63,528 nt of DNA, filler included, from Octopus bimaculoides (GCF_001194135.2; 8 parts of 7 records of this genome joined end to end with filler, not necessarily neighbours in it); one strand, 5' to 3'. Counted from the first letter of the whole stretch, positions 37,674 through 51,700 are shown. The notes: generated by a model not told the origin, from the sequence alone. Numbers and translations: made by a program.

Positions 37674-38789
37674 TATGTATATATATATAACGGGCTTTTT
37701 TCAGTTTGCGTCTACCAAATCCACTCAAGGCTTTGGGCGGCCCGAAGCTACCGTAGAAGACAATTGCTCAAGATGTCACGCAGTGAGACTGAACCTGTAA
37801 CCATGTGGCTGGGAAGCAAGCTTCTCACTACGCAGCCACACCTGCCTCTAGCATCTAACCACACAGCCACATGAAAATATTCACAGACATTAATACATAT
37901 TTATATTTATATACATCCGCTCTTTTATGTGTGTGTGTATAGGTGTGTGTGAGTTTGTGTGTGAGTGTGTGCGTGTGTCTGTAGCCAAGCTTGAGTGTTT
38001 TCCTCAAACCACGTCTACTTGTCAACAAGTGGTCAAGTGAACATAAATGCGTTTGAGAATTCATTGACATTTCTTCAAATTACCTCCTCTCCCCCTCTCT
38101 CCCCCTCCCCTCTCTCTCTAGCTCGATGGCCTACAGTTAAAATGGATAAATGGATGCATTAATGCATTATACGTTGTCACACACTCACGTACATATTAAA
38201 ATGCATGTATATTTTCTCCTTTTATCCATTTCAGTCATTTGACTGTGGCCATGCTGGAGCACCGCTTTTAGTCGAACAAATCGACCCCCAAGACTCATTC
38301 TATGTAATCCTTGTATTTATTTCATTGGTTCTCTTTTGCCGAACTGCTAGGTTACAAACACAGACACACAAAAAACATAACTTATATATATATATATTTA
38401 TATATATATGNNNNNNNNNNNNNNNNNNNNNNNNNNNNNNNNNNNNNNNNNNNNTTAATTAATTAANNNNNNNNNNNNNNNNNNNNNNNNNNNNNNNNNN
38501 NNNNNNNNNNTTACGTCCCCGTAATTTAGCGGTTCGGCAAAAAGAGACCGATAGAATAAGTACTAGGCTTACAAAGAGTAAGTCCTGGGGTCGATTTGCT
38601 CGACTAAAGGTGGTGTCCCAGCATGGCCACAGTCAAATGACTGAAACAAGTAAAAGAAGATAAAAAACAAAGGAAATATCTTCATTATATAGATCAAAAA
38701 TAAAATCACATGCAAAAAAGAAATGAAGACAGTGAGAAATACAGTAAGAAAAGTATTAAAAATAACCCTTAACAGATATGGATGTATAG

Positions 38790-39093
38790 ACTGGGATTCC
38801 ACAGAGCAGAGTCGGCATCTCTTGGGAATGATATCGTATGGTTTTACATGCCTTACTATGGACCAAGTTATGTCATACTTAATTTTATCTTCCTTCAATC
38901 ATCATACAAAATCGACCAGGGATGTTAAATGAAGCTAGTGACATGGTTGCGATAATGATTCTTAAATGAATCAGCCATCTTCCCAATTTAAACATACAGC
39001 TCTTCTCTTGTGTGCCTAGTACATTTATATACAAGGTTTGTACTCATACAGAGGTTCATCAATGGGCATTTTGATTTTTCTCTGCATGAGCAT
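38790..39093 (-). pseudogene. Naiad-like PLE GIY-YIG remnant
   Basis: CSCREKSKCPLMNLCMSTNLVYKCT...YV*IGKMADSFKNHYRNHVTSF/KYDITWSIVRHVKPYDIIPKRCRLCSVE. Confidence 0.85.
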
Positions 39094-39493
39094 TTACAAT
39101 ATTTATTTGTATATCTGGCAGTTCTGACTTCATTTCTGACATTGTTACCATGTTAGCTATATCATAATCATTTCTACTATTACAATTTCACCATAATTGG
39201 TGCTTTTCATTGTGGTTTACATCTCCTTTGTTGGTATTTAGATGTGTATGTTTGCTAGATCCAATAGGTGGGTTATTGAACTGTTGTCGCATCTTACTAT
39301 TGTTTATGAGGTACATAAGCTGCTCTAAACTAGCAGAGTTAGCGTAGGATACCTTCCTGGTGTGCCAATTAAAAATAGCATGCTAACGATTAGATTTAGG
39401 AAAACATTTATCCAAAGAGGCAAAAAATTTTCCAGCAATCTTGGTTGAAACATTTGAACTAAAGATGTGTGTATATATGTATATATATGCATA

Positions 39494-39525
<32 letters not shown>

Positions 39526-39663
39526 CACACACCTATACATACCCCAGTGCAGCCCCCTGCCTTGCCAGCTGTTGTCACACCATCCAACCCATGCCAGCAT
39601 GGACAACGGAGGTTAAATGATGATGATTAAATATGTGTGTATGTATAAATATAGGCATGCATG

Positions 39664-39705
<42 letters not shown>

Positions 39706-39959
39706 TATGTATGTGTGTGCATCAGCATACATATGTATGTATATGTATATGTTGTGTGTGTATAAATATATGTGTATGTATACATGTATGTGTATGTTTG
39801 TGTGAATATATATATATTTACTCATGCACACATACACACACACGTATATGGGCTTCTTTCCATTACTGTATGCTAATCCACTCCCAAAGCTTTGGTCAGC
39901 CAAGGCCTCCATCAGAAGACACCTGTCGAAGCTGCCAATGAAAAGTGATTAATTTGTAA

Positions 39960-40860
39960 GACCACTAAATGGGGAAATATACAGATAGATAGTTAGATTA
40001 GAGATATCATATTTAATACAGTGAAACATGAAGATACCAATAAGAAATAATTATGTGCTGCAACACAGACCGATATGCAGATAGATGGCTAAATTAATAA
40101 TGATGTATTTAATATAGGGAAACATCAAAATAATAACAAAAATAATTATGTTGTGAATTGGTTACTTTGATAGATATACTGATTCGTAACTAATCTAATA
40201 TTAACCCCGACACATCTTCACTGCCATCTCCTCTGTCTTTCTGTGTGTCTGTCTGTCTGTCTCTCTCCACTCTCTTTTCCAACTGAGATAGCCATGTATC
40301 TCCTCTATAGTATCTCTCCTTCTGTCATACTTTCACCTCTCATCACCTGACACAAAACCACTTCCCTCAGTTGAGAGATCTTGTTTTGTGAGTTACTTGG
40401 TGACCTCACTGGTGCTGGTGCCACTTAAAAAGCACCCATTATACTTTGTAAAGTGGCTGGTGTTAAGAAGGGTATCCAGCTGTAGAAATCATCCCAAAGC
40501 AGATAGTAACGATTGGTACAGTCCTCTGGATCACCAGCTCCTGTCGAACTATCCTCTCTACGCCAGCATAGAACACAGACTTAGAATAGTGATGGTGCTG
40601 CTGATGATGATGATATATTTAATGTAAGAGTGTTTACGCATTCAATTTAACACATTTAATGTTAATGAGAAGTGATTATGTAGTGAGATAGAAAAATATA
40701 CAAGACGTAAAGTTAGTGATAACATAATTAATACAGGGAAACTACAAATTGCTAATAAGAAATAATTATATGGTGCGATGGCTAAATTGAAAGATAAACA
40801 GATAAATAGTTAAGTTAGTATTTTTATACAGAAAACATCAAAATGTTAATGAGAAATGAT
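39960..40860. repeat. Degenerate roughly 95-bp minisatellite interrupted by an RTE-tail insertion (40410-40617)
   Basis: TAATA(C/T)AG(G/T)GAAAC..AAA..AATAA(G/C)AAA.AATTAT recurs about four times. Confidence 0.45.
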
Positions 40861-42419
40861 AACGGATGACAAAAAAAAAAAAGAAAATTAAAAAACAAAA
40901 GTAACTTTCTCAGTCATTGACTTGTTATTTACAGGTTTTCAATAAATTCAAGCGACAACCCTTGGATATTTTTTTATCTTATTCTGACCTCATCAGCAAA
41001 ATATAACTTTCATCATATGTAATTAAATAGTAATGAGATAATTTCTTAGTTTGTGTTTTTCAAACACTGCTCTGCAGTGCATTAGTGCGCCAAATATTTT
41101 TGAAATATAATTTTAAATGCAGGCTTGGCTGTAGTTAATAAATCTGTTTTCCAACTACATAGTTTGGGATCCAGTCTACGTGTGTGACATCTTGGGCAAA
41201 TGACTTCTACTATAGCCCCAGGCTGCTCCAAACCTTGTAGATGGATTTTGGAGTGAAAAACTAATCTTGTGATAGTCATGAGTGTCACTGCCATACAAGG
41301 GATGTCATTAATTTCCATTCTTCCTTGAGAACATATATAGCCATAGGCAGATTTATCTCACTTGCTAACAGGAAAGGATAATAGATCTTATAAAATCTGC
41401 CTCAATGAATTCCATCTGACCCATACAAGCATGAGAAAGTGGATGTTAAAAGGATGAGAATGATAAGGATGTTGATTATTTTAAGGCTTTAGAATATCAA
41501 CGCTAATGCCCGAGTGTCTTAATCATTGAGTTATTCTTTATTCTCTTATCCACAAGTGTTAATAATTAACACTTAACATCCATTTTCCATGCTGGCATTG
41601 GCCGGATGGCTTGATAGAAACTGGCAAGGTCAGGGGCTGCACCAAGTTCCATAGTCTGATTTGGCTTGGTTTTTGTGATTGAATGCCCTTCCTGATTTCA
41701 GTCATTCCACAGAGTGTATTAGATGCTTTTTATGTGGTTCTATCACCAGCGCTTTTTATGTGGAACCAGCACCCACACTAATGCTTCTTATGTGGTGCAC
41801 AAATATAAAATATTAAACACGGTATGTAATGGTTTTCTATATATTTTCTTCTAACTTCTTTTTCTGGCCTTCACTCCTTGGAGTTAACTGGACTCATGCT
41901 ATCTTCACTCAGGCATTCCTGTTTTACTTTTCATTCTACTTTCAATTATACTTGTTGCATCCCAACCACTCAAACTCACCCCTACCTAATCACTGTATCT
42001 AGTTGTTTTATCTCAGAATGTCATTCCTCCAGAAGTCCCTTTCTGCTCATATATTTCCTGCAGCTATTCAAGAGAAGCCTTAATGGCATTGATCTCACTG
42101 GTCTTGGAGGGCGTGCTAAGGCCTGGGGCACTTCCCTCTTCTCTGGACCCAGCATATAGGCAATGAAGAAAAAAAAATGCATTAGAAAATTTTCATTGGC
42201 TCTATAGTGTGCCCGAAAAAGAGTGAGAACCACAGCTGTAAAGTAATGGTAACAAATTTTAGTGCAATGCCAGCAATTTTATGGAAGGTACAAGTTGATT
42301 ACATTGACCCCGTACTTTATTGTTACATATTTCACTGACCCCCAAAGGGATAAAAAGCAGTCAACCTTAGAGGTATTTGAACTCAGAACATACAGCCAGA
42401 CAAAATATTGCTGCCTTAA

Positions 42420-42860
42420 CCCACAGCTCTAAATAATCTTTTCTACTCTAGGCACAAGGCCTGAAATTTTGGGGGAAGGGGTCAGTCGATTAGATTGACC
42501 CCTAGTACACAGCAGGTACTTAATTTATTGACCCCGAAAGAATGAAAGACACAGTCGACCTTGGCGGAATTTGAGCTCAGAATGTAAAGACATGATATAC
42601 TGCTAAACATTTCACCCAACGTGCTAACATTTCTTATTTCTTTACTTCCCACAAGGGGCTACACACAGAGGGAACAAACAAGGACAGACAAATTGATTAA
42701 GTCGATTATATCAACCCCAGTACATAACTGGTACTTATTTAATCGACCCCGAAAGGATGAAAGGCAAAGTCGACCTCGGCGGAATTTGAACTCAGAATGT
42801 AGCGGCAGACAAAATACCACTTAGCATTTCGCCCTGCGTGCTAACATTTCTGCCAGATTG
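42420..42860 (-). mobile_element. Two tandem SINE family B copies
   Basis: Reverse-complement matches to the family B head and body. Confidence 0.8.
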
Positions 42861-44140
42861 CCACCTTCCACAACTGTAAATAATGTACATGTTTATAGTT
42901 AAGGTAGTGTTAACATATATAAAACAGAGAATAATTATGTTGCAAGGGCAACATCAATATATGTCAGTGACTCATCCTTTTTACACTTTTCTGACAAGTA
43001 AAGGAGATAACTCTGAATATGTTTCACTTTTATTTTAACGTTATCAGTGAAATGTAGTCTTTATTAGTGCTGTCTAAAAGAGTGATTAGTAAATCACTAA
43101 GTAAATGTAAAAAACTGTACATTTGCTGTTGATGAATAATAGGACCTCTTCAAAAATTTAATCATTTGAAAAAGCTCTCAACTTGAAAAATAATAAGTCA
43201 ATTAGTTTTAGCATATTTAATGAAAGAGGGCATTGAAAAGCTGACAAGAGCTAATTGTGTAGGCAAGGAAATATTATACTGATTAATTAACAAATTGATA
43301 AACATGGTAAAGGCTAAGTTTCACTAATGAGAATAAAATTAGATGAAAATTTGTCTGAAATGCCTTGTATTTAACAGAAAAAATGAAAGTAACTTAAGCT
43401 ATTGATTAATGCAATTTATATTATATAGGCCATGTAAACATTGACTAAACTATAATCATATGCATTTGCTTACTTCTGCAAGTACAGTGAAGATTATACT
43501 TTGCTGATGTGGTCAGAATAAGTCCAAAACGTACTCTTTTATTTGATTCAGTCATTGAGCTGCACTGTTGATAGGTTTAGTTGATCAAATCAGCTCCAGT
43601 ATTTATTGTAAGTTTGGTGCTTATCTTACTGGTCTCTTTTTGTCAAACTATTAATTTATAGGGGGATACAAACAAACCAACACAAGTGAGAAAGAAATAC
43701 AAACACATACACACATAAACACTCACACATGAATATAAATATATAATGGGCTTCCACACAGTTTCTGCCTGAGGCTTGAGTACAAGATGCTTGCCCAAAG
43801 TACCATGCTGTAAGACTCAATTCAAAACCATGTGGCCACTAAGTGAATACACAGCCATCCTACATCTATATCTGGAGTTCTTTTTTCAGTACTTGGCAGA
43901 AATATGAAAGTAATATTGGTTTCAAATTTTGGCATGAGGTCAGCAATTACGAAGGAGGTGGGGGATAGTCAAATTCATCGACCCCTGTGCTCGACTGGTA
44001 CTCAGTTTATCAACGTGAAAAGGATGAAAAGTAGAGCCGACATCAACAAAATTTGAACGCAGAATGTACAGATGGATGAAATGCTGCTAAGCATTTTACT
44101 TGGTAGGCTAACAATTCTGCCAATTCTTTCTTCTCTCCCT

Positions 44141-44400
44141 CTTAATCCTTTTTGCCCCTTGTGAAGCATAAGGCCTCAACAGTTATTTTCTACTTTTTTC
44201 GGTCATTGGCGTGTTTCTTGGCTGCTTCCCATGTCAGGCCTGCGGTCCTGAGCTCGTCCAAAATGCTCCGCTTCCATGTCTGCTTCAGGCGTCCTCACTT
44301 CCTTTTCCTCTGTGGCTTCCAGTCAAGTGCTTGTCGTGTCACATTTGAGGGTTCTTTCCGCAGTATGTGTCCGATCCATTTCCATTTCCTTCGTCTACTC
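44141..44400 (-). pseudogene. RTE LINE C-terminus/3' end (second RTE family)
   Basis: [64 protein letters not shown]...VEALCFT. The listed + strand ORF is its antisense. Confidence 0.88.
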
Positions 44401-45095
44401 TGAACATTGCCTTGAATATGAAAAAAGTATTGTACACTAGCTGGCCCCATGCCGTCAAAAATGATGGCTAACTGGAGTATTTTACATATAAATAAGGTAC
44501 AAAACCAAGTTTCTAGTTTAATAATTCTTTTCTTAACAAATTTTTTGTGAAAAATCTATCTGCAACTAACATCTCTCGACTGCTTGTTTCCTTCAAAAAA
44601 ATTTTAAGTTTTCCTTCCTTCTTAAAGCCACATAAAGCTGACCATGACTAAATACGGGAGCTGGCAAGTAAATTCCAAATACACAGAGTTGAAACACTGT
44701 TTGATTTTTCTTTTCAGCATTGGATGTTCACCATCCCATTTCCATTGCACACGCACACTCACACAAACGTTCACACACCTCCCTTTTACATACACACACA
44801 CATATACTTAAACAGAGTTGAAACACTGATTTTTTTTTCACTATAGAATTTCCATCATCCTACTATCAAATTTGCCATCACCCCTTCCTTCTTTATTCAT
44901 CTATCACCTCTACCTTTCTCATTCATATGTTGTGACGGAGAAAAACACAAGAGTATTATTATATTAGATTGTCCAATATTGTATTTTCTTCACCAAATAT
45001 CTATTTCTAGTTAGCTTTTTAAATTTTTCTTGTATTAAGTATGTTTATGTGTTTGTTTTGTAACATTCCTGATGTGAAATCATGTGTTGGAACAG

Positions 45096-45430
45096 ATATT
45101 GTTATATTACTGGATAGTTATTTTCTTTCTTTTCTTTTTGCCAAATAAACACATGTACCATATGCTTGTTCTTCACTTTATTATTCTTATTCTTATTTTA
45201 GTGTCCTTTGTCAGAAAGATTTGGATTAAACAAGACAGGAGACACGTAGGATGGAGGGTCACTAAAGAGGTCACAAAATGTGTGACAAAAGATTTTAGAC
45301 AAAGGACACTAAAATAAGAACAATAATAAATCTGAAATGAAGAACAAGAATATAGTGCGCATGTTTATTTGGCAAAATATAAAAACAACAAAAGAAAAAG
45401 AAATAACCATCCTGAAATATAACAATATTG
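45096..45430. repeat. Foldback with about 120-bp imperfect arms (45096-45212 / 45298-45430)
   Basis: TTATTTTAGTGTCCTTTGTC pairs with GACAAAGGACACTAAAATAA, and TTGCCAAATAAAC pairs with GTTTATTTGGCAA. Confidence 0.75.
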
Positions 45431-45448
45431 TATCAAATAGTTTTACAC

Positions 45449-46518
45449 ATCATCATCCTCATCGTCGTTTAACGTCCGCTTTCCATGCTAGCATGGGTTG
45501 GATGATTTGACTGAGGACTGGTGGATCAGGAGGCGACACCAGGCTCCAATCTGATTTGGCAGAGTTTCTACAGCTGGACGCCCTTCCTAACGCCAACCAC
45601 TCCGAGAGTGTAGTGGGTGCTTTTATGTGCCACCGGCACAAGGGCCAGTCAGGCAGGTACTGGCGATAGCCATGCTCGAAATGGTGTATTTTACGTGTCA
45701 CCTGCGCAGGAGCCAGTCCATCGGCACTGGCAATGATCTCGCTCGAATGTCTTTTCACGTACCGCTGGCACAGGTGCCAAGAAGGCGACAAGCTGAAAGG
45801 CTGATGGTTCATATACTGCCCCTTATAATAGAGTTGACTACACTAAAGGAATAATATTGGTAGTATTAAAGTGATGGGTTATGTCCATCACCCAAGTACC
45901 TACAGTGTGATTTGAACTCAGAACCTAAAGCGCTAGAACAAATACTGTTCTAATCTGGTGTTTTTACAGTTGTACCAATTCACCCCTTTGGAGTGGAACA
46001 TTTTTATTGACCCTGATAAAAGACGACAAAGTTGATCTTGATGAGATTTGAACACACCATGCCAATGACAGAACAAACATGGCAAAGCATTCCATCTGAT
46101 ACTCTAATTATTCTTCCAGTTTGTTATTAAAAAAGATGGAATGTCATTGTTGGAACACACTTGATTATCAGTCTCTGTTCTAACAGGTCTGACATGGAGA
46201 TAAATAACACAAACAACAAAATAACATCCACAACAGCTGCTGCAAACAAACAAATGCTGTGCTCAGAATTCCAGATTCATTAATTATTAATTATTCCAAG
46301 CTTGTACTTGCTTTTCTACCCAATGCATCACATATTATATTTCAAATTGATTGTGTTAATAAAGAAGCAAGAATTGAGAGTGTCCATACTGACACATAGT
46401 GTGGACAGACTACCAGCTGTTTCTAAATGATGGAAAAATCTCCTCTTCAATAGGTGATAAAAGTCCACATACACAAACACTGACAAGCTTGTATCTATCT
46501 ACCTATCTATCTATCTAC

Positions 46519-46593
<75 letters not shown>

Positions 46594-46647
46594 CATACAT
46601 ACATACATACATACATACATGCCTGAATGTGTGTGTGTGTATACATA

Positions 46648-46696
<49 letters not shown>

Positions 46697-47335
46697 ATCA
46701 TTATTATCATTTAATGTCTGTTGTCCATGCTGGCTTGGGTTGGACAGTTTCACCAAAGATGGCAAGCTGGAAGGCTGCACCACACTCCAGTCTGATTTGG
46801 CATGGTTTCTATGGCTGGATGCCCTTTCTAACACCAACCACTCTGAGTGCTTTTACATGCCATTGGCATGGGTGCCATTTGAATGACACCGGTATCTGCC
46901 ACAACAGCAATTTTGCTCAGCTTGATGGGTCTTCTCAAGCACAACATATGGCCAAAGGTCTCGGTCATTGCCTCTGTGAGGCTCAATGCTTGAACGGTGC
47001 TTTATATATCATCATCATCATCATCATCATTTAACGTCTGCTTTCCATGTTGGACGATTTGACTGGGGACTGGCAAACCAGATGGCTACACCAGACTCCA
47101 GTCTGATCTGGCAGAGTTTCTACAGCTGGATGCCCTTCCTAATGCCAACCACTCCAAGAGTGTAGTGGGTGCTTTTTACGTACCACCGGCATGAGGGCCA
47201 GTCCGGCGGTACTGGCAATGGCCACGCTCAAATGGTGTTTTTTACGTGCACATGAGTCAGTCCAATGTTTTGTTCACATGCCACCGGCACAAGTGCCATA
47301 GGGTGAAGCTGGAAATGATCGCACTCAAATGGTGC
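45449..47335 (-). mobile_element. Three RTE 3'-end copies (45449-45800, 46700-46995, 47008-47335)
   Basis: Each starts with a (CAT)n tail and shares the TTTCTA(C)AGCTGGA(T/C)GCCCTTCCTAA-type core. Confidence 0.8.
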
Positions 47336-48055
47336 TGAAAAGAAGCCTGCTGCATATGTATGTGTATCTGTGTTCCCACAATTGCTTGACAACTGGTTTT
47401 GGTGTGTTTATGTTCCTGTAACTTAGCAGTTCAGCAAAAGTGAATGATAGAATATGTACCAGGCTTTAAAAAAAAAAGTATAGCGGGGTCAATTCATTCA
47501 ACTAAAAATACTTCAAAGTGGTGCTCCAGCATGGCTGCAGTCTGATAAAACAAGTAAAAGAGAATAGATACACTTCACTATCATACTTAATAAAAGCTTT
47601 CTCTTAGGTTGAAGGTATGTTTTGTTTGAGCAACCACTGAAGTGCAAAAGTGTGTGGACTCTCTTGTTTAAGCCACTGTGCTCTACATGGCCTTTCTACC
47701 TTGCATCATATAGAGGAAATTGTGTACCACACATTCTTTCTGTGGAATGTCACTGCTGGGAATATCTCAAACTCACTGGAAAAATGAGATTTTGTACTTG
47801 TGCGACCAAATATCAAAGAAATTTTAACTCATTGTATGATGTTAAAGATTGCTGAGACAGTGTGTTCCCAAAGTAGTTTCCTAGTAATGATTTTCTGTCA
47901 GGAATAAACATTTTTCAAGTACTGAAAATCTTTCAAAACATAACCCTCCCTCTTACTCTAGCTCAATTCCAAGTCTCTTAGATTTTGATAATCTTCATTA
48001 ACAAAATGAAAAATAAGTTAAACTGATAACGAAAACATTTTTCTTTCTTCTATAG

Positions 48056-48131
48056 CTCTTTTGTATGGATATGACAATGGAAAGGCATAGTATGGCTTCC
48101 AATTCCAATTGCACAGAGAAAAACTTTTTAG
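48056..48131 (+). CDS. Candidate 76-nt host exon (LFCMDMTMERHSMASNSNCTEKNFL); product unknown
   Basis: Strong pyrimidine tract TTTTTCTTTCTTCTATAG, a single open frame and a G|GTAATG donor. Confidence 0.4.
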
Positions 48132-48732
48132 GTAATGTACAGTACCTAACAGTTTAATAGTTGGAGAAAATTATTTTCAAGGTGAATTTGATAAGTTGTG
48201 CTTTCGTTAGCTGAAGTGAGGGAGGATAGCAGTTTGATGAGGTAACCAGATACGACTTTGTTTAGGACAGTTGCTAACAGGGATGATAAGTTAACAGGGA
48301 TTATTGATTTGTGAATTTAGAACAAGAAGTAAATGGTGGATGTACAGAGTGTTGAATAGAAACAACACAAGAATGAGAAGACTTTTTTGTGTTGCTGGTG
48401 GACAGACAATTCCTTAGTGCGGGTGCTACGAAAACATGCATTCAGTGCACTTTGTAAAGAGGTTGGTGTTAAGAAGGGCATACAACCACAAAAAAGCCAT
48501 GTCAATATTGGTTTCAAATTTTGGCACAAAGCCAAGGCCATGAATTTTGAGGAAGGGACTAAGCTGATTACATTGAACACAATACTCAATGATTACTTAT
48601 TTTATCAACCCCTAAAAGGATGAAAGGCAAAGTCAACCACAGTGGAACTTGAACTCAGAATGTAAAGATGGACAAAATGCTTTGCAGCATTTTGCCCTGC
48701 ATGCTAACGATTCAGCCAGCTTGTCATCTTAA

Positions 48733-49014
48733 CCCTTTAGCATTTAATCCAACCATATCTGGCCCAAATATTCTTCCTGTTTTGTGTTAAAATCAACCAT
48801 ATTCAAACTCTCACACCTACCCTACAATGTCATTCTAAGACTATACCAACAACCCATGCCCTGTCTAACCCATGCCAGCATAGAAAGAAGACGTTAAATG
48901 ATGATGATGATGATACAATTGAAATCTTGAAACTACAAGATAATGTGTGATTAATTGAAAACAATGTGAATAAATAAGCTGAACATTTGACAAAGAACTC
49001 TGAATGCGAAAGGG
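48733..49014. mobile_element. piggyBac-like MITE with nested short RTE tail (about 48845-48915)
   Basis: TTAA|CCCTTTAGCATT...AATGCGAAAGGG|TTAA, i.e. CCC/GGG termini and a TTAA TSD. Confidence 0.75.
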
Positions 49015-49129
49015 TTAAACAATGCCAATATTGAGACATTGGTGCATAACACTGTCCTTAGACTCATCAGATCCTGTCAAACTATTCAATCGTATCAGCA
49101 TGGAAAGCAGACATAAAATGATGAAGATG

Positions 49130-49172
<43 letters not shown>

Positions 49173-49949
49173 TGTGTATGTGTGTGTGTGTGCATATATG
49201 TGGGTGTGTGCATATATGTGTGTAGGTATGCATATGTATGTGCATACACACACAAACACACACACACACACACACACACCATTGTATCATCAATAAGCAA
49301 ATAATTCACACTGATGAGACACAGGTATTATTCAATAAATCTATTTAGTCATGTATGGTGAATAAAGAATGAAATTTCATAATTACATATAAATTTAAAA
49401 AATAAATATATGTATAGTTTTTCAAACTGTGGAAATAATAACCAAATTACATTTCACTTTGCACTAACAAAACATTAGCTACACCCTAGTTCATTTTAAC
49501 ATAGATCCCAAAACTAAAAATACAACCGAAAAGAAATTGAGATAATTTAATGATAAATATTTTCAAATGTCAATATTCAATATATAACTTGATAAAAAGA
49601 ATAATAATTTCCATTTGACTCCAACCCTAATAACAGAACCACATTTACTTTTTGATGACAGAGTTTTCTTGCTAATTGTTTTTCAATTCCAATAGCAGTA
49701 TATCCTTGACTCTAAATCAGTCTACCAGTTTTTTATGTGTATCATTTCAACACTCTGACTTGTTTGTGTTTTTCAATCAACTGAGCTAATGAGTTTTATC
49801 TCCCTTGCTTGATGTGTTTAAATTTTTAACATGTCTAGTGCAAGTTTTATTTTGGTTAATAATATTTTCAGATATAACATGTAGGTGTCAGTGACAAATT
49901 AATTGATCAAGATAATGTTTCAGATTTCATGTGATTCTGTATGTGAATA

Positions 49950-50430
49950 TCATCATCGTCATCATCATCATCGTTTAACCTCCGCTTTCCATGCTGGCAT
50001 GGGTTGGATGGTTTGACTGGGGACTGGCAAGCCAGGAGGCTGCATCAGGCTCCAATCTGATCTGGCAAGGTTTTTACAGCTGGATGCCCTTCTTAATGCC
50101 AACCAAGAGTGTAGTGGGTGTTTCTTACGTGCCACAGGCACGAGGACCAGTCAGGCGGCACTGGCATCAACCACACTCAAATAGTGCTTTTAACATGCCA
50201 GTCAGGTGGTACTGGCATTGGCCACGACAATGATTTCCCTTAACTCAACAGGTCTTCTCATATTGCCTGATGGTTGAAGGGTACTCTTAAATGGGCTGGT
50301 TATGTGACACTGTCATAGGCCATGGCTACGATCTCACTTGGCTTGCCAGGTCTTCTCAAGCACTACATATCTCCAAAAGTCTTGGTTGCTTGTCATTGCC
50401 TCTGTGAGGTCCAACGTTCGAAGGTTGTGT
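49950..50430 (-). mobile_element. Longer RTE 3' end reaching the ORF terminus
   Basis: The minus strand encodes HNLRTLDLTEAMTSNQDFWRYVVLEKTWQAK*, followed by the UTR and (GAT)n tail. Confidence 0.85.
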
Positions 50431-50706
50431 GATAAAGAAGCTTGCTTGATGTGGTTTTGAGTTGAGGCCCACTATGCAGCACCTTGGACAAGTATTTTCT
50501 ACTATAGCACTGGGCTATCCAAAGATATGTAAGTAGATTTGACAGATAGAAACTAAAAGAAGCCTGTCACACACGCACGCACGCACACACACATGATGAA
50601 TGAATAACAACAGATGGTTAATGCGTCAATTGATGCATTATCCATCTCTTAGTATTTTTTTTTATCTATTATTTCCAGCAGGTAGACATACTTAGTATGT
50701 CCTTTG

Positions 50707-50757
<51 letters not shown>

Positions 50758-51016
50758 GTGTGTGTGCATGTCATCCCTAGTCCAGGTATTACTTGATAGC
50801 TGTATATGAGTATACCCATCATACAGGTAGTGTCATTTGTTTCCTATCTTGCGCAAAAACATGTCTCGCTAGAGAAACATTACTTGGAAACAGGTGAAGG
50901 TTGATGACTGGAAGAGCACCTGGTCATAGAAAAGCTGCCTCAATTAATGTCACCTGACCTATTTGAGGTAAACAAAGTTGACATTAAAATGATGATGAAA
51001 CTTATGTATAAGTATA

Positions 51017-51700
51017 TCATCATCATCATCATCATCGTTTAACGTCCGCTTTCCATGCTAGCATGGGTTGGACGATTTGACTGAGGACTGGTGAAACCGG
51101 ATGGCAACACCAGGCTCCAATCTAATTTGGCAGAGTTTCTACAGCTGGATGCCCTTCCTAACGCCAAACACTCAGAGAGTGTAGTGGGTGCTTTTACGTG
51201 TCACCCGCACAAAGGCCAGTCAGGTGGTACTGGCAACAGCCATGCTCAAAATGGTGTCTTTTATGTGCCACTCGCCCAAGAGCCAGTNNNNNNNNNNNNN
51301 NNNNNNNNNNNNNNNNNNNNNNNNNNNNNNNTTAATTAATTAANNNNNNNNNNNNNNNNNNNNNNNNNNNNNNNNNNNNNNNNNNNNGTTGCCACTACCG
51401 CCTGACTGGCCTTGTAGGGTTTTCGAGCGAGATCGTTGCCAGTGCCCCTGGACTGGCTCTTGTGCGGGTGGCACATAAAAGACACCATTTCGAGCGTGGC
51501 CGTTTTCGTGCGGGTGACACGTAAAAGCACCCACTACACTCTCTGAGTGGTTGGCGTTAGGAAAGGCATCAAGCTGTAGAAACTCTGCCAAATTAGATTG
51601 GAGCCTGGTGTAGCCATCCGGTTGCACCAGTCCTCAGTCAAATCGTCCAACCCATGCTAGCATGGAAAGCGGACGTTAAACGATGATGATGATGATGACG
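51017..51700. repeat. Head-to-head pair of young RTE 3' ends forming a long inverted repeat across a gap
   Basis: 51036-51210 vs the reverse complement of about 51500-51680 differ at only about 5 positions by manual comparison. Confidence 0.8.

Noticed and set aside
2336-39093. Selenocysteine recoding in Naiad-like fragments
   Set aside because: Naiads are known to include selenoprotein ORFs, but the conserved Cys positions visible here are TGY. The in-frame stops are TAA or TGA at non-Cys positions.
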